Assembly: GCA_020137815.1 (NCBI GenBank)
Contig: CM035354.1
Location: 124,001-188,000, forward strand
Length of the DNA: 64,000 bases
Direction: 5' to 3'
Source: Hormiphora californensis
Lineage: Eukaryota; Animalia; Ctenophora
The translations under genes and the position numbers were made by a program. The notes below the pieces were generated by a model, which did no database searches, was not told where the DNA came from, and saw only the letters and a list, made by a program, of their open reading frames with translations. Below, piece after piece: positions 1 to 12,479 of this stretch; the stretch's first letter is position 1; the number at the start of each line of letters is the position of its first letter.

Positions 1-1255
1 GTCTTGGTAACCATAGTAACTACTCACCATGGTGTCTTGGTAACCATGGTAACTACTTACCCTGGTGTCTTGGTAACCATGGTAACTACTCACCCTGGTG
101 TCTTGGTAACCATGGTAACTACTTACCCTGGTGTCTTGGTAACCACAGTAACTACTTACCCTGGTATCTTGGTAAACATGGTAACTACTCACCCTGGTGT
201 CTTGGTAACCATGGTAACTACTCACCCTGGTGTCTTGGTAACCATGGTAACTACTCACCCTGGTGTCTTGGTAACCATGGTAACTACTCGCCCTGGTGTC
301 TTGGTAACCATGGTAACTACTCACCCTGGTGTCTTGGTAACCATGGTAACTACTTACCCTGGTGTCTTGGTAACCATGGTAACTACTTACTCTGGTGTCT
401 TGGTAACCATGGTAACTACTCACCCTGGTGTCTTGGTAACCATGGTAACCATGGTAACTACTCACTCTGGTGTCTTGGTAACCATGGTAACTACTTACCC
501 TGGTGTCTTGGTAACCATGGTAACTACTCACCCTGGTGTCTTGGTAACCATGGTAACTACTCACCCTGGTGTCTTGGTAACCATGGTAACTACTTACCCT
601 GGTGTCTTGGTAACCATGGCAACTACTCACCCTGGTGTCTTGGTAACCATGGTAACTACTCACCCTGGTGTTTTGGTAACCATGGTAACTACTCACCCTG
701 GTGTCTTGGTAACCACAGTAACTACTTACCCTGGTATCTTGGTAAACATGGTAACTACTCACCCTGGTGTCTTGGTAACCATGGTAACTACTCACCCTGG
801 TGTCTTGGTAACCATGGTAACTACTCACCCTGGTGTCTTGGTAACCATGGTAACTACTCGCCCTGGTGTCTTGGTAACCATGGTAACTACTCACCCTGGT
901 GTCTTGGTAACCATGGTAACTACTTACCCTGGTGTCTTGGTAACCATGGTAACTACTTACTCTGGTGTCTTGGTAACCATGGTAACTACTCACCCTGGTG
1001 TCTTGGTAACCATGGTAACCATGGTAACTACTCACTCTGGTGTCTTGGTAACCATGGTAACTACTTACCCTGGTGTCTTGGTAACCATGGTAACTACTCA
1101 CCCTGGTGTCTTGGTAACCATGGTAACTACTCACCCTGGTGTCTTGGTAACCATGGTAACTACTTACCCTGGTGTCTTGGTAACCATGGCAACTACTCAC
1201 CCTGGTGTCTTGATAACCATGGTAACCATGGTAACTACTCACCCTGGTATCTTGG
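1..1255 (-). repeat. 33-bp minisatellite (~37 units, runs off window start) built from the myosin exon 3' end plus splice donor; 570-bp higher-order repeat
   Basis: Minus-strand unit CCAAGACACCAGG|GT(G/A)AGTAGTTACCATGGTTA. The variant block aaccacagta...ggtaaacatg occurs at 141 and 711. The 454-aa plus-strand ORF is a by-product of the repeat. Confidence 0.95.
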
Positions 1256-2990
1256 TACTCCTTAGCATCGTTGGTACCATCCACTGTGTAAGTTCCACTC
1301 TGGTTCAGGTACCAGTAGTAGTCCGGCTCTGCCAACCCACACTCAGCTATGGAAAGAAACATCTTTAGTTAACACTATTACCTACTGATACAATGCTGCA
1401 GTAACTAACTGAACTAAATATTTAGAGTTTAGTTAACACTATTACCTACTGATACATCATACAATTGCTGCAGTAACTAACTGAACTAACTGAGCAAGCA
1501 TTGTGTACCTTTTTCATCGTCAGAAGCGCCCACTAATATTTGATAGAAGATGTGAAAGTTTCTCTCTAGTGGGTTCTGTCTGACAACTCTACTTTTCTCT
1601 AATAAGAAGTTGCTGATCCGACCACCATCTGGGAGTCCGGCCATACTGAACTGGATCTCTATGTACTTTCCCTGGGACGGAGATATATGTATGAAGCACA
1701 TTTGTGATATATGTGAGGCACATGTGGAAGAGGAGGAGTGATTGGGTGATTGAATTATTGAGTTAGTTTAGTAGTTGTTGTTTTAATGAATGACCTGATA
1801 TATTAATATGTTACAAATCAGTACAACTTACAAATCTACTAGAGTTATTATTTCGAACAGTTTTGGCGTTCCCAAAGGCCTCCAGTAAAGGATTGCTCTC
1901 GATAATAACATCTTTCACCCTCTGAAACAGTTGTTCTCGTCACTGTAACGCCAATAAAAAGAAGCTATTTTTAATATCTTGATCTGCTCAAAAGAAAGAT
2001 TATTGTAACACGATACGTCAGGCACGCGAGATGGAGCTAGGGTAATTCTATATCTCCCCACCCAAGCTATAATACCACACTCCATGTACACACAGCTGTT
2101 CTATACACCTGGTGAGGACGTAGGAGCCAGGAAGGGTGGTCGAATTGAAGATGTAATACATAGTTCTAACTTCTAGGACCCTACCTGAATATCGGAGCCA
2201 CCTCCAGAAATAGCGGATAGGTAGCCCATGATGTATTTGGCAGCCACAGTTTTTCCAGCACCGCTCTCTCCACTGATAATGACACACTGACTCTCTTTGT
2301 CTATCATCATGTTGCGGAACATGTTGTCAGTTAGAGCGTAGATATGAGGAGGATTTTCATACGACGCCTGTAGGAGTAGATATCAGGTTGGGAAGAGATG
2401 AGGAAGAGATGAGAGGGTCGAACAAGGTTAGGAAGAGATGAGGAAGAGTCGAGAGAGGGCGGAGCAAGAGATGATTCGCTCTGCCGAGCACGCTTTTATG
2501 AAATAAAATGCAGTGTGAGCTACACAAGAGAAGAAGCGATTGTTGAGGGTTGATAACTATTGTAAAGGGGGTCTAGCTAGGCAAGATAACTAACAGATCT
2601 GAGGGGGGGGTCAACCTAAATGTATCAACTCACCGCTCCCTGATACATATCTATCTCTTTCTGGGTGAAATATGACATTTGTTTGAAGGGGTTTACAGAT
2701 ATCAGCACTGGTCCGATATAGGTAAATATCTGGTCGTCCAAGAATCGCTTCTTCAGATTCTCAACAATGTCTGCCTCGGTAATCTTTGGTAAAAGGACCA
2801 TGTCCTCTACCCCCTGCGCCTTGGCTCTCTTGTACTGACTCTGAAGAGTGATACTGTTTTGTTATGAGTTAACGGTTAACCCTCCTTTGTGTGAAACAGG
2901 GTCGAGCAAGGCAAATACTGTTGTAGTGTTTCAGGGAGAGAACGATGTGCGCGTCGGAACACGTTTTCGGGCCTCCATAGCACTTACCAT
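1243..2990 (-). CDS. MYO1E: Class I myosin (MYO1E/F-like), N-terminal motor exons; gene continues beyond window start. Exons 2988-2990 (ATG only), 2634-2840, 2185-2367, 1832-1921, 1509-1671, 1243-1346
   Basis: Spliced translation [23 protein letters not shown]...[16 protein letters not shown]...ENPPHIYAL...[16 protein letters not shown]...[24 protein letters not shown]...LLEKSRVV...[13 protein letters not shown] introns with compatible phases. Confidence 0.92.
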
Positions 2991-3407
2991 GTTGAGCGCC
3001 GAGCGGTAGTCGGTACAGTTGTCACTGAGCTTGAATTATAATCTTCTTTGTACCATTGCTATGCCTAAAACAACAGGGTTTATTACATATATGTAGGGTG
3101 CAGTAGGTGGTCTATGATAGAGATTAGAGCCCTCCGTTCCATCAAGTCCTGATGCTGCATCAGTGACCCTCAGCGCTCAAATCTTGTTATTTTCTTGGTG
3201 TATAAACTGCACAGGTGTCAGTTTTTCAGAGAGCATCCCCTCCAGCTCCCGGAAACTACCCGTCTTGGTGAACTTGATTTATTGAACACTGAAATCTCCT
3301 ATCCGTGTATAATGTATTACGGTTTTTGAATTGTTTGGTTGTGTCCAAACGGTTATTGGCGAGCTGCAAAGCGCAAGGTGTACAAGGTCTAAGTCCTTAA
3401 GGCTTAA

Positions 3408-4772
3408 GGGTACGCTAACCAAAAATTTTTTTCGAGTGCAGGGAAATCTCTCACCGTAGGGTTGTAGGCCATGCCAAGGAGACCTCAAATATGCAATTTG
3501 AGCTCTCAAGTCGAATTCATATTTTTGCTACAGCTGCTTGAAAAATGAACTGAAAATAAGTTTTGGCATCTCAAAAATTTTTTTTCAAAGATGGAGCATG
3601 AAAATTTGGGGATTTGAAGAGGACATGAAGGTGAATAACCACAAAATTTTTTTTTGCAATCCGAGCTGATTTCCGGTCCTGAGATGGATTTTTTTCCACT
3701 TTAACGCCCTATTTGGCAAGTTCCGAAAACATGTGAAAGCTGTAAATTGGTGAAAAGTTGCGTCTAACGATTATCTAAGTGGCCATAAATTTGGGCGTGT
3801 CCTTATTTGAGATAAGCTGTACAGAATTTTTTGTGAAAGCCGTCATTTCAGAAAAATAAATTCCTGATCTCAAAAACGGCTGATCGTAGAGACCTGAGAC
3901 TATGCTTAAACGATTCAGAAGGTCCGATTTTGGGGGGGTCTTCTGAGAGACATTTTGCTCCTACTTCAATCGTTTTGCTGTAATTGCGAAAAACAAATTC
4001 TATGAAAAGGGCAAAAGCTAAACTCCAATATCCTGTAATTAGGGAATTTTAGCAAGAAGGACCGAAACTATGGAAAAATGTTTAACAAGCTAATTCCTTC
4101 ACTATTTGGTCCATATGGGTCCCTATAATCATCAAAAACAAAATCACAAAAAATCCACGATGGCGAAGATGGGTTATTGTTTTTCGCAATTACAGCAAAA
4201 AACGGTTGAAGTAGGAGCAAAATGTCTCTCAGAAGACCCCCAAAATGGACCTTCTGAATCGTTTAAGCATAGTCTCAGGTCTCTACGATCAGCCGTTTTT
4301 GAGATACAGGGAATTTATTTATTTCTGAAATGACGGCTCACAAAAAAAAACTCCGTACAGCTTATCTCAAATAAGGACCGCCCAAAATTTATGGCCACTA
4401 GATAATCGTTAGACGCAACTTTTCACCAATTTACAGCTTTCACATGTTTTCGGAACTTTGCCAAATAGGCGTTAAAGTGGAAAAAAAGAAATCCATCAGG
4501 ACCGGAAATCAGCTCGGATTGCAAAAAAATTTTTTGTGGTTATTCACCTTCATGCCCTCTTCAAATCCCCAAATTTTCATGCTCCTATCTTTGAAAAAAA
4601 AATTTGAGATGCCAAAAACGTATTTTCAGACACATTTTTTAAACAGCTGTAGCAAAAATATGAATTCGACTTAAGGGCTAAAATTGCATATTTGAGGTCT
4701 CCTTGGTATGGCCTACAACCCTACGGTGAGAGATTTTCCTGCACTCGAAAAAAATTTTTGGTTAGCGTACCC
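3408..4772. mobile_element. Non-autonomous foldback DNA transposon, Kolobok-like (TTAA TSD, GG...CC ends, ~590-bp TIRs)
   Basis: ttaa|GGGTACGCTAACC ... GGTTAGCGTACCC|ttaa. Arms 3408-~3996 and ~4177-4772 are near-perfect inverted repeats. Confidence 0.8.
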
Positions 4773-4889
4773 TTAAGTTAGAATGGTTTAGAGAGGGATT
4801 GGCAAACGTTGCTGGCCCCGCGGGATAAGGCAGCGCTTTTCAATGTAATGAGAGGGAAAAAAATAAAAATGAAAATTGACGAATTCAAT

Positions 4890-6755
4890 TTTCAAAATTG
4901 GAAAGCCTTCGACATCATCTCCTGCACAGCACCCACACAACTATGTGGCGGACTACCATCGGGGGTTGAGGCCTCAGTGCATGCTGCCAGGAAAGCTTTT
5001 GAACGTGAAGATGTGGAATGCATCCTGATGGTTGATGCTTCGAATGCATTTAATGCACTGAATAGGAAAGCAGCTTGAGCAACATGGATCACACATGCCC
5101 GGAATTCCACCAATACTTGACCATACCTATGGGCTCCCATCACGTCTTTTTGTCACCGATGGCGAACACCATGAAATCTTGTTATCCCGGGAAGGAACCA
5201 CTCAAGGTGATTCGGCTGCAATGGGGATGTACGCCTGCTCCCTCATGCCATTTGTAAACACACTTCGGGTATGATAAAGTTATCACGATCTTCTACGCAG
5301 ACGATGGTACGGGAGCCGGACGCCTCGATAATGTGCAGAATGGTGGGGAAGAGTCAAAAGTGATGGTCCATCATTTGGGTACTATCCCGATCCTGGAAAA
5401 AGCTGGCTAGTGGTTAAGCCAGGACTAGAACAACAGGCCAAAGATCTTTTCCCTGATGTTAACGTCACCTCCATTGGACATCGCTACCTAGGCTCTTTTA
5501 TTGGCACAGAGGAGGGGACTGCAGATTATCTGAAGGAGATGCACTTAAATGGAAGAGCGACATCGAGACAATCAGCGAGTTTGCTTATACTGACCCACAG
5601 TGCCTACTCTGCCTACACGATGGGCGTCAGTAAGGAGTGGTCATTCGTTCTCAGAACAACAGCCGGAATCAGTAACCTACTGAGAGAGTTGAGGAGACGA
5701 TTACCACTAAACTACTACCAGCCATTACTGGACAGCCTTACATCGACGACATCACCCGTAAAACCATGGCGCTACCACGGTACGGAGGCCTTGGGATAGA
5801 GAACCCGTCAAATGGCTGACCTGGAAAATGCGAACTCAGTAGCTGCTACAGCGGAACTAGTAAAAGCTATTACAGAGAAGAAAACGGAGTTGTTCCGGAC
5901 CAGGAAATGGACAAAGTACGAAAGCTGCGATTCGTAAACTCAAACAGCTTTACAAAAGTTTACACGAGACCATCAGAGGACAACTAAGTGAGAGTGCACG
6001 TAGAACTTTGACTGATAAGTGAGAAAAATCTTCTGCGTACCAACATGTCTACCCACAACAACTAAACTTCAACCTGAATAGACAGGAATTTTAAGATGCA
6101 CTGTCAATCGGTACAATTTACCCATCGTGGGAGAGGCTAGGCCCACGAACTGTGCATGTGATGAACTGAACACCGTTGAACATGCCATTTCATGCAAAAA
6201 GGGTGGATATGTAGCTCTGAGACACAACCGTGTTCGGGACTATATAGCAGCGGAGCTTACCGGGTATGCGACGGTACTGAAATTGAGCCCTCTCTCCTCC
6301 CCACCAACGGAAGAGATCTCCCCGAAGGAACGATCACTGAGGATACGCCAGATTGGATATCTCAGCGAGAGGATTCTGGAATACAATGGACAAGGCAATG
6401 TTCGATGTAAGAGCCTTTAATGCTCAGGCCCCATCAATTGTAACCAGACTATCCCGCTTACATATGCAAAGCATGAGACACAGAAGAAAATAGCCTATCT
6501 TCACCGAGTCCGGGAAATAGAAGGAGGATTCTTCAGTCCACTTGTGATCAGCACAACCGGGGGACTTGCCAAGGAGTTTACCTAAGTGGTCAAACACATT
6601 GCTGAACTAAAGGCAAAAAAATCAGGAAACAGTCATGGTGACTGCATCAGATACATCAGGCTTCGCCTAAGCTTCTCAATGGTCAGAAGCGTCACCCTTT
6701 CGATCCGTGGATTCCGTGGGAAGAAGACCGAAACTACATCTGATGATCTATGGAA
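4890..6755 (+). mobile_element. Degenerate 5'-truncated CRE-like non-LTR retrotransposon (RT + CCHC + restriction-like endonuclease)
   Basis: Frameshifted fragments VDASNAFNALNR, GTTQGD, FYADDG, CKKGGYVALRHNRVRD, LDISARGFW...FDVR, HETQKKIAY...FSPLVISTTGG, RLRLSFSMVRS. Confidence 0.8.
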
Positions 6756-9700
6756 CAAGATTACAAGATTACAAGATTAAAACAGAATTTATAATGTCAA
6801 TAAAATCAACATCCGCTCATACACTATACGAGCCTGGATATGCATAGTACAGTATGACAACACATAACCAGGCCCGGTAATAAATTAATATTACTAGTTA
6901 CCTCAAGCGGATTTCAACATTAAGGTAACGAGAAATATGTAAGCACATTAGGTACTGTCCGAATCATCGAGTCAATCAATAAATTTAAAAGTGTATTTTC
7001 ATAGTCATCTCACACATTGATATGATTGGGTGACACACGAATTTAATAGTAATTATAACACATGTAAAACAAGTCAACATTATATAACGCTGCAGCGATA
7101 TGGATTAAGCAGTACAGTAAAGGGACCCAGAGACCGATGTGATATTAGGTTGAAGTAAAAGGACCAGGAATGATTTTGAGAAGGGGAAAAGGGCTGATGC
7201 CGGAAGTGATGGAATAAGTAATATAGAGTAGAAGGACCCGGAAAACCGATGCGAAATTATGTTGGAGTAAAAGGACCCAGGACTGATATACAAGGCAATT
7301 ACTGTCCGTATGCTTTAGAAAGAGGTGTGTCTTCAATGCTGTTTTGAAAGATGATAGGATTCTGAGTCACGTATCGCTCGTGGTAATTCATTCCACAGTT
7401 TTGGAGCTACAATACTGAACGCTCCCTTGGTGTTGTCGTAGTGAAACTCACTTTCCGTATTTCCTTGAGTGCAGTTTCATCTTTGTCAATTCTGAGTGAC
7501 TGAACTTTCTGGGGTCGCTTCTCCAACATTTCAGCCATATAGGGGGGAGATAGTCCGTTTAGAGTCTTGATACCAGTAAACAAATTTTACTCTCATCGTT
7601 GTCTTACAGGCAAGAAATGTGATTCATTCTCAGTTTTGTCACACCACGTCTGCCCCTCTGCCGTATATAAATCTCGTCGCAGCGTTTTGTATTTTTGGAG
7701 TCTTTTTAGATCACTATCTTTCATAGAAGACACAGGGATTGCAGTAATCTAGCCGGCTAGGATGAGAGTAGTCACCAGCTTCGTTTTCTGCATCTTGTTG
7801 AGTTCTCCCGCAATCCTCCACATTTGCACCAGTTGAAGTTACATGCTCGACAACTTTAGTAACGTGATCAGACATGGATAGGGTACTGTCAAATATTACA
7901 CACACGTTTCTTGCAGATGGAGCGATTGCCGTTTCCTCTCTTCTGGATCAATTTGAATAGTCTCAGTTTCTGCTGCTTTGCTCCATTTACTCTTCAAGAT
8001 GAGACACTTCTGTTTTGTCAGGATTTAGTTTCAACATATTGTGGTGCCATCCACACCCTTATATGTGCCACACATTTCTGTAACCTATCAATGACATCAG
8101 CGATGGAGTCTGGCAGAAAGGAGATGTAAAGCGAGAGTATATCTGCGTACATATGGAGGCTGAGACCATATAGAGCAGCAATCTTTTCCAGATCCTTTGT
8201 GTACAAGATGAACAAAAGAGGTCCCAGAATGGATCCCTGGGGAACGCCAATCTCGATGGGCTTAGAACTAGACTCCATGGATCCAATCCTGACCCTAGCA
8301 GACCGTCCAGACAGATATGACTTTATCCATTTGAGAACTCGACCTCCAATTCGATATTCAGTCTCAAGTCGATTTAAGTTTGGAATGGAAATGGTGTCGA
8401 AAGCGGCAGACAAATCCAACAAACCCAAGATCACCTGGGATTTTTTGTACCTTGCATGAGGATGTCATTTCTATCTTCACTGTAGCAGTTTCGCAGCTAT
8501 GGTTAGTTCTGTAAGCAGATTGGAACTTAGCAAATAGATCATGTTTTTCTATGTTCCTATCAACTGGTCTGACACACACTTCTCTACACTTTCGAGAGGA
8601 AAGATAAGTTTGAGATGGGTCTATAACTCTTGAGCTCATCCGGATCCAGAGATGAATTTTTGTAAGCAGGTCTTATGATAGCTCTCTTCAGACTTTCTGG
8701 AACTTCCCCTTCTGATAAGCTCATGTTGACAATTTTTGACAGGAGGGGAACAAGATGAGGAAGTACTGCAGTTAAATCGAAGTAGGAAGTGGATCGAGAG
8801 CACAATGTTTTTGATTCATACTTCGGATTTGTTTACCAGTTGTTCATCAGACACAGGTTTAAACGATGAAATACAGGAGAGATTGGCGATTCTGGCGTCA
8901 AATCCGGAAGGAAAGGCAGAGTTTCCGAGAATGCTGGGTCGTTGCGAATATCATCGTAAATACTCTGACCTTCGAATGGAAGAAGTCGTTAGCATTCTGG
9001 TGTTTGGCAGGATCAGCAACGGTTGGTAGTTGACGGGGAGTTTTATCTTTACCAAGTAGGAGTTCAGAAGTTGATAAGTTGCAGAAGGATTTCCTTCGAC
9101 AGCTTCAAGACGTCTTCTAAAGTACTCTCTCCTCGCTTTTCGAAACACAGACCGTGCACATCGCACTTCTTTCACAACTCCAACTCAGCTCGATCAAGCT
9201 CTCAAAGGACACCCTGGTGGGCTTCCGCAGCTTTTTTCTGTAAAGCTTTTTGTACTGCGTTCAGCCTTGCGTCGACTCTCAGCACATTGTAGAGGCATTA
9301 TCAAACCATTGAGGTTTTCCTCCAACCGATAGATTTCCTCAAGAGGTGCTAGTTCATCCAATATATCAAGTAAAAGCTCCTGGTACATTTCAACGCAGTC
9401 AGCAAGAGAGCGGCCAGGAAACAGTGGTCCTTTCAGTTCAGATTTCTGGATCAATCTGTTATAGCTTCAGCTGTTATTTTTCTCATAGCTCGGCATGTAA
9501 CTGTCTTTTTCAGAGATGGTCGGTTTGCTGAACCACAGTGAACATTAAATGATACAAGAAAATGATCAGGAACCTCTGGAGTTGGTATAACATCTACATC
9601 ACTCAACAGATATTCATCTCTGCAAACCAGGTCAAGCAACCACCGTTTATATGAGTCGGCGTGTAATCTTCTGGTGCCAGTTATGATCTTCAACTATTTG

Positions 9701-11595
9701 CAATAGTTGTTCGAAAAATAAGCTGGGGGTTTTCAGCATGGATGTTAAAGTCGCCATGATGATTAGCAGGTGTCCATTCAAAGTGGAGAAAGCCGCAAAA
9801 AATTGTCGAACTCGTTAGAAGACAGCCTGTTTTGTTGAATCAGGTGGACGATACACAACAGCTACTCTAGTAAGTTGAACTCCGGGTCCTTCCACTGTAA
9901 CCACTAGGCACTCATATGACGAAAATTGGCGATTCGTCTTCGGTCGCTTCACAGTTAAGCCATTTTTGCATATTACTGCACACCTCCTCCTCTGGAACCT
10001 CTAGATAAACTTATCAACTGATAGTCAAATCAGAGATATGTCTTGAGATCGCAGTTCTTCGACATGAAGCCTGACTCAGTGATGACACATAAAATCAATG
10101 CACGTTCAGAAATAAGCACCATAACTCCTCCAGTTTGTTACGAGAGGGAGAAACAGTTCAAGCTTCAAATCGGAGATGAGGAACCCCTGACATCTCTAGT
10201 TTTTTTGCCATCCTGTTAATGACACTGACCCGAACGGGACACAGACGATAACCACTGTAGTGAGAATGGGAGCTGGATTTATGCTCCGATGAGTTATTGC
10301 AATTAACGCACAGTTTCGTAGATGTAGCATCGCATTGCTTCACATCATGGTCACCGCCACAACGTTTACAGACTGAGACTTCACTAGTACAGTCCTTTCA
10401 CATGGTTGAAACCCTGGCATTTATAGCATTGTTGAATGTGAAAGCGTCCTCAACATTTAGCCGTGATCTCCCGTAGTATAACTTACCATATCCAGTACAC
10501 GCTTTGGATGGCTACTGGAAGTCTAAGAGCCACATTGCACAACTGTTGTTTTTAAAGTGACTCTTTACATCAACCACAGTGGTGTTGCTAGATTTGATCA
10601 GGGTTTTGGATTCAAGGTTGTGCAAACTAATTTATTGATGGCGTCCTTTCCAACACCTTCGGTCTCCAGTGGTACGTTGAGAATAGTCACTTTAGCGGTG
10701 CTGACGACTGGTGAAATAGTGGCATCGGCAGAAATTTTCTTCTCGATAATCTCACTGATTGATGTCATATCAGTTGATTCTGGGAGGCCAATAATGATCT
10801 CATCAGACTTTTTGCAGTCAAGGAAGTTGATAGGGGTCGCACACAGGGCTACATCAAGGTTTTCAGCTATCCTAGCTGAATCATTGTTCGGGCAGCTAAT
10901 CCTCAACTTCATTGATGGAACAGTTTTCCGGATAGGTCGCGTTGTGGTTGGAGGTTGGATTACAGGGGTCTCTGCTGAACTTCCGGCCGCAGTCGCAAAT
11001 GTCGGAGGTGACGTGGAGGTAGTTGGAATCTGGGAAGCAGAGGGTTGGGAAGCAGAGCGTTGAGTTGCAGTTAACTCAGATTCAAGGGTATCCTGTGATG
11101 ACTGGGAAGCATGATTGGGTTGCAGCGGGGGGCCATTCGGGAAAAAGGATTTGAGAGCACTCACAATTTTCGACTCTATGCTAGACTCCATTTCCTCATT
11201 TAGTTTACTAACTCGACTTTCAATGGATTCATTTAGCCGTGTTTCAAGCTGAGGAACCAGTTTTGCAGTCAGAAAGCTGATCAGCTCTTTATTGCGCCAG
11301 ACTCAATGTCCTTAACCAGCACACAATGGTTGCACCACCAACTGGAAACAACAGTCGGAAGTGTGGATCGGTTAATGTTCGCAAAACCAGGATTAGCACA
11401 AGCTGGATGATAGTACCTGGAACATTTCAAACACTTGATCCGCGGGACTCTGTTGGTCGCCTTCTTCCCACACTTGCACATCTCCAGATCGTCCGGAGAG
11501 GTCATATCTTTGGACTGCCCTTCGTGGGCTGTTACATCAGCTTTATCCTAAAACTCAAATTAATTTGTTTAAAGTAGTGTTGAAAAGTTTGAAAC
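6752..11595 (-). mobile_element. Full-length but frameshifted L2/CR1-group LINE ('LINE A'): ORF1 with PHD finger and zinc knuckles (~11505-10158), ORF2 APE-RT (~10150-7310), (TCTTGTAA)n tail, leader-like 5' end
   Basis: CKCGK..CLKCSRYYHPAC..WWCNHC; CYKCQGFNH; YRPISNLSFLSK; QSAYR..HSCETA; LLDLSAAFDT; GVPQGSILGPLLF; HMYAD. Tail repeats (acaagatt) at 6755-6779. Confidence 0.88.
11554..11595 (-). other. Spliced-leader-like sequence copy at 5' terminus of LINE A
   Basis: GTTTCAAACTTTTCAACACTACTTTAAACAAATTAATTTGAG, identical over 41 nt to 37159-37199. Followed by TTTTAG, not a GT donor, so it is not an SL RNA gene. Identity with the ctenophore SL is recalled from memory. Confidence 0.8.
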
Positions 11596-11635
11596 ATGAG
11601 AGTGTGTCAATGAACAATTGTTTTTTTTAATTTAT

Positions 11636-12450
11636 TATTTAAATACAAATACAAATACAATTATAATTTATATCCCGCTTTTGGGCTATGCATTGTTAGT
11701 GCTAGGAGGACGCCGTTTCAATCAGTCGATTGAAGCAACGAAACCACCACTAACAAGCCTTCTAAAGCGGGCTTATAGGATAAGATCCTAAAGGCCTTAA
11801 AAAACCGTCGGCAGTCATTCGATATAATATATATAAATGTAAGTAGAAAATAAGGGTTATAAAATATCTAATTAAGAAATAAGCGTAATTAATTCGTTGA
11901 GTGATGAAGTAGTTAGATAATTGAGAAATTAACTAGTTAGATAATTGATAATTAACTAGTTAGATAATAACTAGTTAGATAATTAACTGTTGATTAATAA
12001 GTACATAGTGTAAATACTAAGTAAGTAGTATAGTTTCATAATTAATTCAAGTAAAAGGCTAGTGATCCAAAAGGAGGCGAATAGCTAAGTAATTAGTTAA
12101 TGGATAAAGTAACTGTAACAGGATAACCGATAAGGTAATACACACTAACCATATTAATTGCTATATAAGGTTATGATCTAATAAATGGCCTATGAAAATT
12201 CTAAAGAAGCTGGTAATAAATTAACGAATAACGAGGTAGAAAAATAAAAGCAAGAGACCAGAGGTCAGTCAGTAGGTTAAATACAAAGCTGTTAATAAAT
12301 TAATTAATTGGAGCGGTAAAAAATAAAAAGGCAGGAGGCCAGTGCAATGGCCAGTCAGAATAAGTTAATTAATGCGGTTGGGTTTAGTCCGTGATAGCGC
12401 AAGAGCGCATGTATTTTGATAACAACTGAGAACTCTCAGCATCAAAGATT
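11636..12450 (-). mobile_element. Probable 3' UTR/tail remnant of another non-LTR element
   Basis: Minus strand ends GCGGGATATAAA...(TTTGTA)n, resembling the 3' ends at 13544 and 31665. Short internal taactagttagataat repeats. Right boundary uncertain. Confidence 0.4.
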
Positions 12451-12479
12451 GCTTACGGGAGTGCTCTTGGCCTATGCTA

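Noticed and set aside
1-1255. CRISPR-like array
   Set aside because: There are no unique spacers; it is a pure tandem repeat in a eukaryotic intron.
4-1368. 454-aa plus-strand ORF ([11 protein letters not shown])n
   Set aside because: It is the antisense reading of a stop-free 33-bp repeat overlapping a myosin exon and intron.
4890-6755. CRE element targeting SL genes as in trypanosomes
   Set aside because: Its flanks show no leader or SL-intron sequence; the nearby leader belongs to the nested LINE on the opposite strand.
7300-11505. Programmed frameshifting in LINE A
   Set aside because: The many scattered 1-bp indels are better explained by decay or sequencing error.
11554-11595. SL RNA gene (also 37159-37199)
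   Set aside because: No GT donor follows the leader's AG and the two downstream sequences are unrelated LINE UTRs.
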